A stretch of 64,000 nucleotides of DNA, taken from positions 10,912,001 to 10,976,000 of the forward strand of contig OZ176054.1 of the NCBI GenBank assembly GCA_964247055.1, given 5' to 3'. Source of the stretch: Paragordius varius. Taxonomy: Eukaryota; Animalia; Nematomorpha. A program made the translations under genes and the position numbers. A model generated the notes under the pieces. That model ran no database searches, was not told where the DNA came from, and saw nothing but the letters and a program-made list of their open reading frames with translations. This document shows, piece after piece, positions 38,801 to 51,345 of the stretch; position 1 is the stretch's first letter, and every line of letters begins with the position of its first letter.

Positions 38801-39921
38801 AACCTATTTTGCATAAAAATATATACTTTTCCCGCACATGTAAGATTCCAAAATTAAACAGTAATTTTTCACACACTCATAAACCAGATGACAAATAAAT
38901 GAAAAAATAATATTTCAGATTATTTTGATATATATGTTTTTGATATGAATGTTAAGATTTAATTGAGTAGATAGTAAATAAAAAAATTATTTTAATGTAA
39001 TTCCGTAAATTTTTTTGTCTTTTAAGTACGTCATAAGAAAAACGCCATTTTTTGATCTGATTTTTTTTAAAAAATTCTGACCATATAATGTTAGGCATTT
39101 ATAAATTGTAAATCTGCTAAAATTATAATAAACCATAATATCTCAAATCACATATTTTTTTAATTATTTTTCATTTTAACTCCTCCCCCAATTTTGATTT
39201 TCCCTCAATATTTTAAAAACTAGGTAGTCAACATTTTTGGGGCAATTGTATTATCTGGTCAAAGCTATCTCATGAAAAAAAATTTCGTTAAAAAAATAAC
39301 TCGAATCTCACCAAAGTAATATAGGGTTTTAAGCACGTTTTTTTGGGTAAAATTTGAAGGGAGTTTCCAGTTGAGAATTTAAGATATTGTGATTGTAGTA
39401 TATGATTCCAAAATTTATTTGGTAGCTTACCATATATATATATATATATACATTATATAATTAATTTTCATTCTGTGATTTCTAGGGGGTATCAATGTAT
39501 GTAAATTGTTTTGTCGAAACACTGAAACTAATGAACTCCAAGATACTGGTGAGTTTGTTCCAGATGGTTCGATATTTAACTTGGTGTCTCTAAATGAAAT
39601 ATGCGTTCGTCATATAGTTTATACTATCTAGTAAGCCAATTCTATCATATAATTTATATTGTTTTTGTTTTACATAGATTTTATAATGATAATTTGATAG
39701 GAGAAAAATATTTTAATATATATGCTAAACATACAGTAAAAAAATTAAAATTAGTGGACAAAACCTAAAAACAATTGTTTTAAAAAAACCGCTATACTTC
39801 ATTTTACGTGAATCTTTTAATATAACTCATTTTTTGCAAAGTATGAAGAAATCTTTAAAATTAAGTTATAGAAAAAATAAGGTGTAACAAATTATGATTA
39901 TTTTGAAATTCATTTTTTGCA

Positions 39922-39963
<42 letters not shown>

Positions 39964-40004
39964 ACCTTTATTTTTACAGTAACAACAGTTTGAAACCAAA
40001 GTAA
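24028..40004 (+). CDS. Gene B: tandem paralogue of gene A, secreted ADAMTS/papilin-like protein, 265 aa, 13 exons; second TSP1-like segment deleted
   Basis: Exons 24028-24058, 24180-24258, 24337-24385, 24753-24840, 27421-27535, 28982-29001, 30737-30763, 33660-33725 (GC donor), 33870-33890, 34099-34119, 37968-38078, 39486-39630, 39980-40004; 798 nt open. The first six exons have the same sizes as in gene A (31, 79, 49, 88, 115, 20). Protein: MKIIYSFLLSVSYLVSVNG/QTCLGPDLTGYREVECQTGSTACEDGKRYETCGV...VCKLFCRNTETNELQDTGEFVPDG...ICVRHIVYTIYNNSLKPK*. AATAAA at 40121. Confidence 0.82.
24443..24683. mobile_element. hAT-type MITE in intron 3 of gene B
   Basis: TIRs CAAGGGTTTCCGACAC / GTGTTGGACACCCTTG; perfect 8-bp TSD TTCTATAG. 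Absent from the matching intron of gene A. Confidence 0.85.
27053..27348. mobile_element. hAT (Charlie-like termini) MITE
   Basis: CAGTGGTTCCC ... GGGAACCATTG; imperfect 8-bp TSD ATTTTAAC / TTTTAAAC. Confidence 0.6.
27821..28937. mobile_element. ~1.1-kb palindromic TA-type DNA element; related copies 29804-30582 and ~38270-39300
   Basis: Termini CACTGTGTGCAAAA / TTTTGCGCACAGTG|ta. The arms mirror each other (TATGACCAG / CTGGTCATA, AAATCGAAATCGGGCAAAA / TTTTGCCCGATTTCGATTT). Confidence 0.75.
30970..31188. mobile_element. hAT-type MITE
   Basis: TIRs CAGAGGCCTAGCT / AGCTAGGCCTCTG; TSD TTGGTGAG / TTGGTGAT. Confidence 0.8.
34269..37836. mobile_element. 3.57-kb foldback (giant palindromic) element with tandem-repeat arms, in an intron of gene B
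   Basis: ta|CAGTATGCATTTTAATG ... CATTAAAATGCATACTG|ta. Arms of ~1.7 kb (34269-~35983 and ~36116-37836) surround a ~130-bp spacer. Each arm holds several ~118-bp tandem units. Mirror ORFs at 35495-35767 (+) and 36349-36621 (-). Confidence 0.9.
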
Positions 40005-41230
40005 TCATACGCCATAAGATGACATGTTAATTTTTTGTGAAAATTTATAAAATATCCATACATCATGAATTTCAATTTTTTCTTTATATTTTTAATCTCT
40101 TTGTGGTGTGGGTTTAATTGAATAAATGAAAATTTATTTTAAAATTATTTTGATAATCAGATAAACGGAAAAAACAGTCATTTAGCCTTATATATATTAT
40201 AAATTAAGTTGGTGTATATTTACCTTACACTCCGTCAAAAATAATAGCCTAGAGATGAGGAAGGATGTGACCGCGTAGAACTTAACTTGAATAATTCTTT
40301 ATAAAAGATATTTTATTAGCTCAATAGCTGAAAATAAATTTGACATTATTAGTTCAATAATTGCAAAAAGTGTTTGTATCATTTTTAATAATATTTATAA
40401 TCAGATTAATGGAGATCCTTTTTAAGTTGGTTTAAATAATTATAATAAATTCCAAATTTTATTTTTCATATTTAAAAATTAACTGGGGGAAATAGGATGA
40501 TAAAAAATTTTACCCTAAGAACCAAACATTATCTAATGTGATCACTTTTATATTCTACAACTATTTATTAAAATTAATTTAAGTTTAATAAAGTAATTCA
40601 GAATCAAAAGAATATAAAAAATATTTAATATAAATTTACATTTAGTAAAAATTGACAAAATGTTAAAATTAAAAGGCAAATATTTTTCTATAGGAAACCA
40701 CTCTTTTTAACCTTAATTTTCGTATTAATATAACCTATCGTTTTGTTTCCCAAATAATTACAAGGAGATGTAAATTGGCAACACTCTCGATTTTTAAATT
40801 TTTCAAATTAATATAATTATGGATTAAATGTCACGCACAGGTTAAAAAAGTATGGTTATCTTTCTAAAACAAATATAATTCTTTTATTTTTGCGTCCCTC
40901 TATACTTTCGATGTATTGATTAAAAGTTTAATTGCAATATTTCGTCACTCATATATTCACCGCACACTTGGCCATTATTAAAATGATATATGTATATATT
41001 TAATAAATTATAATAACATATATAATTTCAAATAAATCACAATATATATATGGAGACAAGATATTCTTTGGATGAACGATAATAAAATCAATATGTACAT
41101 GTATATATTTGGTAAGGACATTTGAGCAAATAACACAAGTGTATTACAGTTATCAACGAGTGTTTTTGGATTAATTTCACAGTAGAAATGCGTTTTTTAT
41201 ATACTAAAAAAATTAATAATAATACAACAA

Positions 41231-43873
41231 TTAAACATAGTTATAACATTTTCGTTCCCATGGTTTTAATCGTGTTTTAAAGAGGACAGAATCAGCTCTA
41301 TACTGAGTGTACAGGAGGGGATTATATCCATAAATCATACTAAAATAATTTATGCATTCGCCCCGGGTTTCATAATGATTCGTTGCATACCACAAGCTTT
41401 CAGGGCAATCGATACATCGGAAAGTCCAACGCAAAGTAACCTAAAGGTAAGTCATATTTAACATTTTAATTATAGTCCAACAAAAGAGAGAATATATAGG
41501 AAAAAATAATTATCCAAAAATTTATGGGTCAAATGGTATATAAATTTTTAGATATTTATTTGTATGTCCCCATTAAAACAACCATTTAAAAGTTTATAAA
41601 AAAATTTTCATATAAAAATAAATTTTTCGAAATAAACCGAATAAATTATTTTTGATATAATAGATTTCAACCAACCTTTTAGGTCATTATATATATAACT
41701 AAAAGTAATGTAATTTGAAAAGGTGATATTGGCAGTTAGTAATCTATAATATCTCCAAATATATATGGATGAGCGTAAAATCAAAAATATAAAAAATATG
41801 TTTAAGCCGAGTTCAATCACATTTTTCTAATAATAAATGACATGTTTTTAAAAATAAAACAAGTGTATACTTTGATTGGAGGTTTGTTCGTTAAATGACT
41901 AATCAAAAAATTCATAGCAATATCTTCACAATTCATAATTTCATCCACGCGATTCCGTATAGATTGAGGCATATCGTACGTGTATTTGTAGAAGTAATAC
42001 TAAAACAAACATATAAAGTAAAAATTAAAACTTTTATCAAGAGATATTATAAAAATAAAGGACAATTTATTATTTGGAAATAATATAATAACCATATTAA
42101 TCATTAATTTATTTGATACACCCCACATGATTTGATTACGACTGAGTAAAATATATATAATATGGAATGTGAGGATTCAATATACACCTTTTTTAATTTT
42201 GCAACGCAAAACGATATACCAATGTAATAGAAAAAATTAATTTTAACATATGGTATACATTTATATTTATTGTCTTTATAATAAAAAGATTTAATGTGAT
42301 TTTTTCAAATTATACATGGATTACTGATTATAATTATATTCTCTTATTTTAACCCATTTAATTAAAGTTTTTTAAAAATTTGTTTTCGGGCTAATATAAC
42401 TTTTCATTAATATAAATTATTTCTTTATGTCATAGTTTATTATTTTTTCAGTATTATGTTAATTAAACGAAATTTCATTATTTGCAAATTTGAATTGTTC
42501 GAAGGTAAAATTAAATAGTTCGAGAATGAATTTAAATTGAAATGGTATAGACCTATTATTAAAAAATTCACATATACCTTATGTAAAAAAGCGGCACCAG
42601 TCAGTACCATTGAATATTCACAAGTGTGATTGCTTCGATATTCCCATCGCTGGGTAGTCGTATTCCAAGCATGAAACCGCGCAGGAAAACCAACTAATCT
42701 ATCCCTCGATTCTCGCCATACCCTACATAATAATATATAGTGTTAAACATTTTTAATATTTTTTTGTAAAAAAAGTTCTTCATATATCATTTGTTCGCCC
42801 CCCCCCCCCCCCCCCTCTGAAAAATAGTGTTGAGCAAACTTTTTTTGTGAAAATCATTTTTTGCCTTTATTGGGATAAGAGATGTCAACATAATTTACTG
42901 GATCGATTAATTATATATATTTTAATGTGCATTTAAAAACATTTATCTGAAATCTTTTTTATCATTTTTCAATGAGAAAAATGTATGGATTTTTTTATCA
43001 ATAAAAGTTTTCTACAATTTGTTTGTTCAACGATCATTTTTCCATGTATTTTTTTGTAAATCTATACAGAAACAGTTTTGACTCTATATTTTAGTAAATT
43101 GGGATTTCGAATTTTTAAAGAATTATAATCTATATATCATCGAGTGTAAATAAAAATTCATTACCGAAATCCAAATATAATTTCATCGTGTCGCAATACA
43201 ATGTCATCGTCAACGGATAAAACAGCATCAGTCCGGATAAAATCGTACGGTAAAAATCGATTATTCAAGCTATTCTTTTCAGTTTGGATGATCTGTAATA
43301 TATATATATATATATATATATTATGGGTTTAAAATTAAGTTTTAAAATAACATGGTTGTGACTTAGATCAATTTTGAATCCCCGGTGGAATAAAACCAAC
43401 AAATAATAACTAAATTTTCCATAAATATAATCGTTTCAATAATTTTATCAAAATTTGCACCTCAAACCAGTATAATAAAGTATTATAAGAAACATTTAAT
43501 TACATCAAAAAAAGAATAATTGGAATAAAATTGAAAACTTATTCGCAAACAAAAAAAAGTCTCAAAAGAAGTGACTTTACTTTAATAGGGACACCAATGT
43601 TTGGTAGTGTAAAATTAGGGGATGGTTTAATTTCCATATCATTCCAAACCACTATGATTTGATCGAGGTAGGGGAGATCTTTGTAATTTGACAAGAATCG
43701 CCATAAAAAATCTTCGCGTTTGTAAGTTAACATGATAACTAAAATGGAAAATAAAATTTGTGCTGAAATTAAAAGATAATTTTTATTACGTAGAAAGGAA
43801 ATCTATGTTTAAAAATTCAACATAGGAAGAAATTATAATCAATTTAGAGTAACTGCCATAAAATGAATCAAAA

Positions 43874-43918
<45 letters not shown>

Positions 43919-46900
43919 CTCAAATTATAATTATTGAAATTAAAATAAGGTCTAAATAATAAAATTAAAAAACTTTTTATGAAGGATGTTAAAAAATTAA
44001 AACAAAGAGAGGTAGGTAAAAAAGAGTTTAATCAAAAATCGCAGCAGCATCTCCTAAAACATATTTTGAAATACTAAATCTAGGGATTATCAAAAATACC
44101 TGTAAATTTTTCTGACGGATAATTTCCACCTAAATCTTTAGCAAATTCAGCGCCCGTTCCCCCATACCCACCATTGATTGGTCGAAATCCGTAATTCGAA
44201 CCTAAAAGACATATGTGATTTATAATGGCTGGCAAGTGATGACATAAATAGAGTAATATACCATTTACAGTTCAAATTCACCCTTAAACAATTCAAATTC
44301 ACCCTAAAAATAAATTATGTGTTTTCGAATATTAATATAAAATATATCTTTATGGCATAATTAATTTTTTTTTTCATTATTATTTTAATTTAAAACAAAA
44401 TTTTATTTTTTAAAAATATATTAAAATATAGGTAATTTTTAATCTTAAAAACATGTTATTTATTTGAGGGTGAATTTAAATTGTTCGAGGGTGAATTTGA
44501 ATTGTTCAAGGGTGAATTTGAATTGTTTAAGGGTGAATTTGAATTGTTTAAGGGTGAATTTGAACTGTAAATGGTATAAAAAAAATGTTATTTATTGGTA
44601 TGTTGTTTGTTATCAAACAATGTTATAACAATATTGAATACAAGCGCATGCATATAAGCTTTATTACTATTAATATATGCATTACATAGTAAGCAGACAT
44701 AAAATTTGTGCCTATATTTATCCTTATAAAATCCTTATAAATAAAAAGCAATTTTTTTAGCCCTACTATCGCCCTATTTTAACCTAACTACTGAGACACA
44801 TAAATATTCGAATGTTAATAAAATTAATGATAAAAAATAACGATTGCTTAGGAAGAATATGGAAATACATTTTTTGCTCCATATGTGTGGCTGGCATTTA
44901 TAGGACTCGACTTACTTACATACCATTTCCATTTGGAATTATTTAACAAAGTTATGGCATAACACTTACTTGTTAAAAACTATTTTATCGCATAAATCAT
45001 ATTTTGCACACACACATGATCTGGTTATAATGTACAAAAATTAATTTATACTTATGCACAGCATAACCATAAAAAGACTCTATACTTTTTCAACACAACA
45101 AGAAAATTGAACCAATATATACCATTTACAGTTCAAAATCACCCTAAAAATAAATTATGTGTTTTTGAACTAATATAACTCATTAATTTAAAACAAAATT
45201 TTTATTTTTTAAAAATATATAAAATATGGGTAATTTTTTATCTTAAAAAACATATAATTTATTTTTTGGGTGAATTTGAATTGTTTGAGGGTGAATTTGA
45301 ATTGTTCAAGGGTGAATTTGAATTGTTTAAGGGTGAACTTGAATTTTAAATGTTATATATATAAGTATATATTACATATCTTACCATGAAATTTGGCATC
45401 GGTCGGGAAAATCGATTCCCAGGGGGTTGAAGGCTGATAATAACCGGGTCTTTGAACCGGTTCATTCCAATTATGCCATGTGTTGGCCTGTCCACCCGCT
45501 GATAAACGACACGTATAATTACTGTCAAACGATGATATTGATGGTTTTTCATTCAAACCAAAGCCGTTTAATATGGGCGAAGGGCCAACCTCTTCAGTGT
45601 AATCTGGGCCTTGAACTGTATCATTTGAGATGGTTATATTATCGTATGCGATATAATGTGTATATGGTATAGCTTGTGGTTTACTTGCCCACATCCTATC
45701 ACTCAACAAGGTAAAAAGTGTCCGTAAATTTTGTCGTATATAATGGGCCCTAGCAAATGGGATTTGACATTTGCTATACGTTTCAATGGCCATTTGTACG
45801 TTAAATGTGGTAGAGCTGGGATAATCTTTTGGGGAGAACGAAATAGATGAAAATGATATAAATTGTATCATAAAAACCGTTTTTTATAAAATTAAAAATT
45901 AGTAAAGTTTTGATCGGTCAAAAAAATAAAGACGACCGGTCTAACGGTTTAAGAATGCCGTAATTTATGGTAAAAACCAGCCATTTAATACCGACATATA
46001 CATACAAATAAATAAATATAATGGAACTGACCAATAATTTTCAGTTTAATACCCATTTTTACATAACTATAGAATAGAATGAAAAATTACAGTATGCATT
46101 TTTATGGTTGCTCATTTCACACTATAATTGGGCAAACACAGGAATGTATGGAAACAAAGAAAGAAAAAAATTCTTTCAACATTTTGTTGTTTTTTTCCAT
46201 ACACCACTGTGTTGCAAATTGCCCAACTATAATAAGTAATAAGCAACCATTAAAATGCATACTGTAATTCAAACATGTACATATGAAATAAAAAAATTTT
46301 GTCATATATTTAATCAAAAATTTATTTTTTTTGATAAATGGGTATAAATATTTGGTAAAGAATGGTAAAAACAAGAGCTCTATGGTAATTCCAATACTTT
46401 TTTGATGAATATGATATTGTTAATACCTTAGAGCAGCTCTTGTTTTTTTCATTTTTTACCAAATATTTATACCCATTTAACGAAAAAAAAATAAATTTTT
46501 GATAAAATAAAGGATACATGACTGTAACATTTACTAAAATAATATAGTGTTGTGAAAATACCAATGTAGGGCATCGGCGGTGAATAGAAGAAATACGTAT
46601 CTCGTAAGTGACGTCCATACTTTTTGAATTGAAACAATGTATTCTCCGCAGGTATCAATTGTTGGGAAATTAAAAAGGGCAATTCCTGAAATCTGGATAC
46701 TGAAAATCAAAAAAGTTGTTAATAATTTTAAATTTTAGGGCGTACAATATGAAAACCCAACTGCTAATGAGTATTTAGAGTATTCAATTAACCATTTATG
46801 GGATGTAAGAAAAACCTTTTTTAACAATTAATTCTAAAGCTCTTTAATAACCTTAAACATTTCTCCAAAAATATCATTAAAATAATAAATTTGAGATAGA

Positions 46901-49900
46901 TTAGAATAAAAACAAAGAATGAATGTGTATTCAAGTTATTTAATAGTTTCTAGTTCTGATTCCACCATTTTTTTAGTAAAATGGTTAACGACATTTAAAA
47001 AATTTCTAATAATAATTTATTTTAAGCTACTTGTTGGGAAAAAAATTATCAAATATACTTTTATTATTCAAATAATGAAAAATATTATGATAATTTAAAT
47101 TAACCATATATTTTTGAAACTGTTAGAAACCGTAACCCGTTCTAAAAAAGATTTCAAAAACCGTACTCAAATTGTTTTCTTTTATTCAATATGTTTATGT
47201 CTGCGATTCCTGGTAAAATATGAATTAAGAAAAAGTTGTTTATGATTATTGACAAAAATTAAAAGCAAATAGCACATTAAAATTCAATCGTATACTTGGG
47301 TAAAAAATGATAGCTTTTGTCCAATCCAAAAATTCAGAATATGGAAGGCGGCTTTTAAAAGATGTTCCATCCACATCTTGTGTAAGGACAAATGGTATAC
47401 TCCCGCCCCCAAGCAACTGTAAAATGCATTGAATTTGATAATCTGGATTAATACTATCATAATTATAGTGTTCAATAAATAAGGTAAAAGTTGAATGGGT
47501 AGATATATGGTTTAAAGTTTTTTTCCAATTATTAGCAGACGAATTTTCGGTGGTTAAAATGGAAGCTACATTATAGTGATAAGGGGAGGACGACATTAAT
47601 GATGAAATAAATTGTTCGACAACACTTAGCGGTGAAGGTGTAATAGTAATGTATGGATTTTGTTCAACAATTTGAACATAAGTTACATAAAGTCTTGAGC
47701 CAACGATAGGAAGTAAATTTGGATATAATTCTCGCCTCATAATATCGTACGAATAAGGAACTGTGGCATTAAGCGTTTCCTTCATATACTCTTGTGCATC
47801 ATTCACCTGTTCAATAATGTGACGTAAACTACAAATTGATGATGGCAAATTACTCGGTTGTGATATGCTTGTCTGATCGATATTAATGGCGCCTAAATGC
47901 ATACGGATATCAAAACCGTTTCGAAAGCCTTGTTGGAGTGGGTTAAAACTAACGCGTCGTGATGACGAAACATCTTGAATAACTATTGCTTTAGTGTATC
48001 GTGTAAGCCATGATAAAATGGTAGAATTTTGGTATGGATTACGTGGTATATTATCCTGACCTGTTGTCAAATCTAAAGCCAAAATTATGTGATTTTGTCC
48101 ATCCTCCGTGGTGTCCCATGATTCAAGTTGCTTCAATAATATGTTTAAGCTTAAATTTGAATTTAGGAATTGCGTTGGTAACGTTATGAGAGTAAAGCAT
48201 GTGGCATGTTTATCAACATTACTCTCACTATAAGGGCGAATATTGAATTCGGATAGATTGGATAAAAGAAAAGTGTTAAATTGTTTTAGAAGTCGGTTTT
48301 CTTCGGTATTCATAACATTTTCTGCGATAAGGGATTCAATTAAACGGTTATAACTGGGTGATGTTTCATGCATATACAAGCTATATGTCAAACCCTTTAA
48401 TCGGTCACATAAATGATGGGCCAAACATTTTTCCATTGTACATGCCACGTTAGATTGTGAAGTTATATCTTGTGGGTTTAATACCTAAATATAAAATGAC
48501 TTGTATAACTTCAAACAAATTTGGAAATATTATGCGAAATCGACTATATAAAAAAGTAATTTTTATCATAAATTTATCAGTAACTATAAGTTTTAACGAA
48601 AAATAAAAATTTTAAAATATTTCCTTTGAAATAAAAAGTATATACATGTTAGAGCCTACAAATTTAAATAAAATGGTTGCATCATTTTTCAGTCAAAAGC
48701 AACATTTTTTCAAACAAACGGAACATTTTTGCAATTTGTTTGAAAAATGTAGCGTTTGGTTGAAAAAATTTGGAAAATGGTGTATAATAAACTACTATTT
48801 AATTGATAGGGGTTTATAATTTTACCAAAATTCTATTAAAACAAAAAAAAGTACTTTAGCTGTTTGTCCTCTCAAAAGATCAGTCATAAGTTTGTTAGAT
48901 GTTGTGATGGCTGAATGAATAGCATCTATAGTCTTTATACCATTACCATTTATATCGGCAGTATTGAGCAGACGATCATCATGTGGTACTACGATTGAGT
49001 TTAAATACTGTTGAGCCCTAATTTTTGGGTGAATATCGTCTCTGGCTATTTTACGGGCTTCCCTTATCCCATCTAACGTGTCATTCAATAGTTTTTGCCG
49101 TTCATCTAATTCATCCCTGAGTTCCTCCAGCTGATTTGTTATGGTGACAATGTTTTGTTCAATTTCATTTTTTTCGAGTTGGAGTTTGGCAACTAACTCG
49201 GCTAAAACCGTTCTCATTTGCAGCAAGTTCCGTAGTCTCTTTAACGTGGTAGGGAAAGAAAAGGGCCGGGAGATTAAATTTTGCAAATAGTTAGAACTTA
49301 TATATGACTCGTATTTGTCATTGGGAAAAGTTGATGGTGAATTAGAAGCAGGCTCAAATATCCAATTAAACAGTGCTTTGTAATATGTTGGTCCCTGTTT
49401 AAGCGATGGTGTAATTTGTTGTTGAGTGTGTTCATCGGCGGTGGGTTCCTGTGCTAAAAATTGTTCTTCCAAGGAAACAAGATGCGCTAGCTTTTCAAAC
49501 AAATCAGAAGAAACTTTATCAAGAGCACGTGATTGGGTTTGAGTTGATCGTTCCATCATTTGTTGTTTGCTAAATTTTTCGCGCTGTTTTTGGAGCCAAG
49601 ATGGACCCCATTCATCTTTTTCCTCTCCCACCAGAATATTTTGATTTGGATTATTAGAATTTAAACCCACATTCATATTGTCAATATTGGGGGTGGGATT
49701 ATCAAGGGGTTGCTGAACATTCAAATACGTATGGAATGTGAATAATAGAATCAGTGTTGCAAAACAAATAGCCAAGACCCATTTACAAGCATGAGTGAGA
49801 TTATAGGTTATAGCTGCAGTCCGACAATATTTCTGACAGCCATTCCAACGTTTATTAAGGGCAGCAGAAGAGGGTGAGAAAACTCGGAGTACCCCTGTAT

Positions 49901-49952
49901 TACGATTTTGTTTATCATTGTAATATGGGCGTTTAGTTACACTAGTATGCAT
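41231..49952 (-). CDS. EXTL3: Exostosin-like 3 (EXTL3 / brother of tout-velu / rib-2), heparan sulfate alpha-GlcNAc transferase, ~1245 aa, 10 exons
   Basis: Exons (minus) 49952-48855, 48484-47296, 46699-46562, 45825-45385, 44201-44100, 43738-43581, 43292-43165, 42722-42578, 41999-41871, 41440-41231; all GT-AG and in frame. N-terminal TM segment and coiled coil. GT64 motifs [79 protein letters not shown] and [15 protein letters not shown] are characteristic of EXTL3. Confidence 0.95.
44257..44578. mobile_element. MITE with TATACCATTTACAG termini and 21-bp tandem subrepeats; other copies ~45118-45357, 55695-56005, partial ~42440-42548
   Basis: Inverted termini TATACCATTTACAGTTC / GAACTGTAAATGGTATA; tandem GGGTGAATTTGAATTGTT(C/T)AA units. 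Confidence 0.8.
46090..46264. mobile_element. Tc1/mariner-type MITE sharing termini with the 3.57-kb foldback; related copies ~61446-61625 and ~38163-38240
   Basis: ta|CAGTATGCATTTT ... AAAATGCATACTG|ta. Confidence 0.8.
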
Positions 49953-51169
49953 GATTTGTTCAAGCGTAATATTATAAATAAGGTTTAGCCTCTGATTGAA
50001 CCAAAGTATTTTGGGCTCTTCATTTCAAAAGTAAATTCCAAGTTTTTTATAGTTTCTCCAGTAGACAATAATCAATTATATTAATCAAATTATTAATTAT
50101 TTACGCAATTTGTAGAACTATTTGTTTTATTAGATGTTTTTCCCTGAAAAACTAAAGGAAAGGAGAAAGGGGTATAAACGCGAAAAAACGATCGATCTAA
50201 AAAACAAATATATATATTTCATTTAAATTGTAACATCCATGTTTTAGTATAAAAACTGTTAAAATATAAAAGCACAAATATGGAGCTAAAAATAAAATTA
50301 CTAAATATGGCTATATACCACAATTTAATATCTATACTATACAAAAAATTAAAGGGACGTTTAAATAATTGCACATTTTTTTTAATATTCAAACAGCCAG
50401 CTAAATTTTTACTTAATAACTTTATAAAATTTAAACAGCACACTATAACATAATCCCAATCTAAACGACTTAGAAAAAAATAAGGGGGAGCATATTAAAT
50501 ATGCTAGAATTTTGTTTTACTAATTTAATCAATATTTTCAATATTAGCACACTAGGGTTAATCTAATTATTGTATTGATGTGCCTTGACAGCCTAAACTA
50601 TATCCTGTCTTTCTTAACCAATGAATGCCACAAATTGATTGTAATATAATATGGCATACATTTGATAATGTTAAAAAAATTATTATCAGTTGTTTAGAAG
50701 ATCTAAATTTAAACTAAAACGCACAATGGTTAAAATGATTTCATAGAAAGGTGGCAATAAAAAAATATATATGGGAAAACACCGTAAATATTAAAAAAAC
50801 AGAGTTAACTTAGCTTGGGTGAGAAGTTAAGTGTTTTAAAAAATTAATTCAATACCATAAAAAAATAACAAGGATGTTTACCATTTATTTCATATATTAT
50901 ATCAAAAATTATTTCATTATTTGTTACTGATAATTTTGGAAAGGTGGAAGTTTTAAATTAGAATCATTTGTTTTTCAAAATATATAATTGTTTGCCTATA
51001 TACGAATTCGAAGTTTAAATCAAAAAATACGTTAAAATACGATTGAGCCTTTTAACAATAACACACTATAAAATTTAAGGCTGTATACCCAAAACAACTG
51101 TAGCATTATAAAAAATTAGCAATAAATTAGAAAACATTCTCACACAAAATTGATATTACAGTATGGGTA

Positions 51170-51345
51170 AATGTACTCGTTGATAGAAAGTTATTAATTA
51201 TTGCCAAATATCATAAGCAACAAAGGGCAGTATTATTGGCTAATAATAGTAAAAAGTGTAAAAATATTTATAAGCCAATAATACTGCCCCCTTTGTTGTA
51301 TTTACTATTTGGCAATATTTAATAACTTTATAACAATGTATACTT
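51170..51345. mobile_element. Palindromic MITE family (TTGCCA..ATAGCA / GCCAATAAT core); copies ~16100-16330, ~18570-18870, ~20850-21005, ~51595-51760
   Basis: Recurring inverted blocks GGGCAGTATTATTGGC / GCCAATAATACTGCCC; ends CAGTATG / CATACTG in this copy. Boundaries approximate. Confidence 0.55.

Noticed and set aside
44460-44570. Regular 21-bp repeats resembling a CRISPR array
   Set aside because: Head-to-tail tandem units with no unique spacers, inside a eukaryotic MITE; no cas genes.
45346-47475. Alternative-frame ORFs overlapping EXTL3 exons and introns
   Set aside because: Off-frame or antisense shadows of EXTL3 exons or of MITE sequence.
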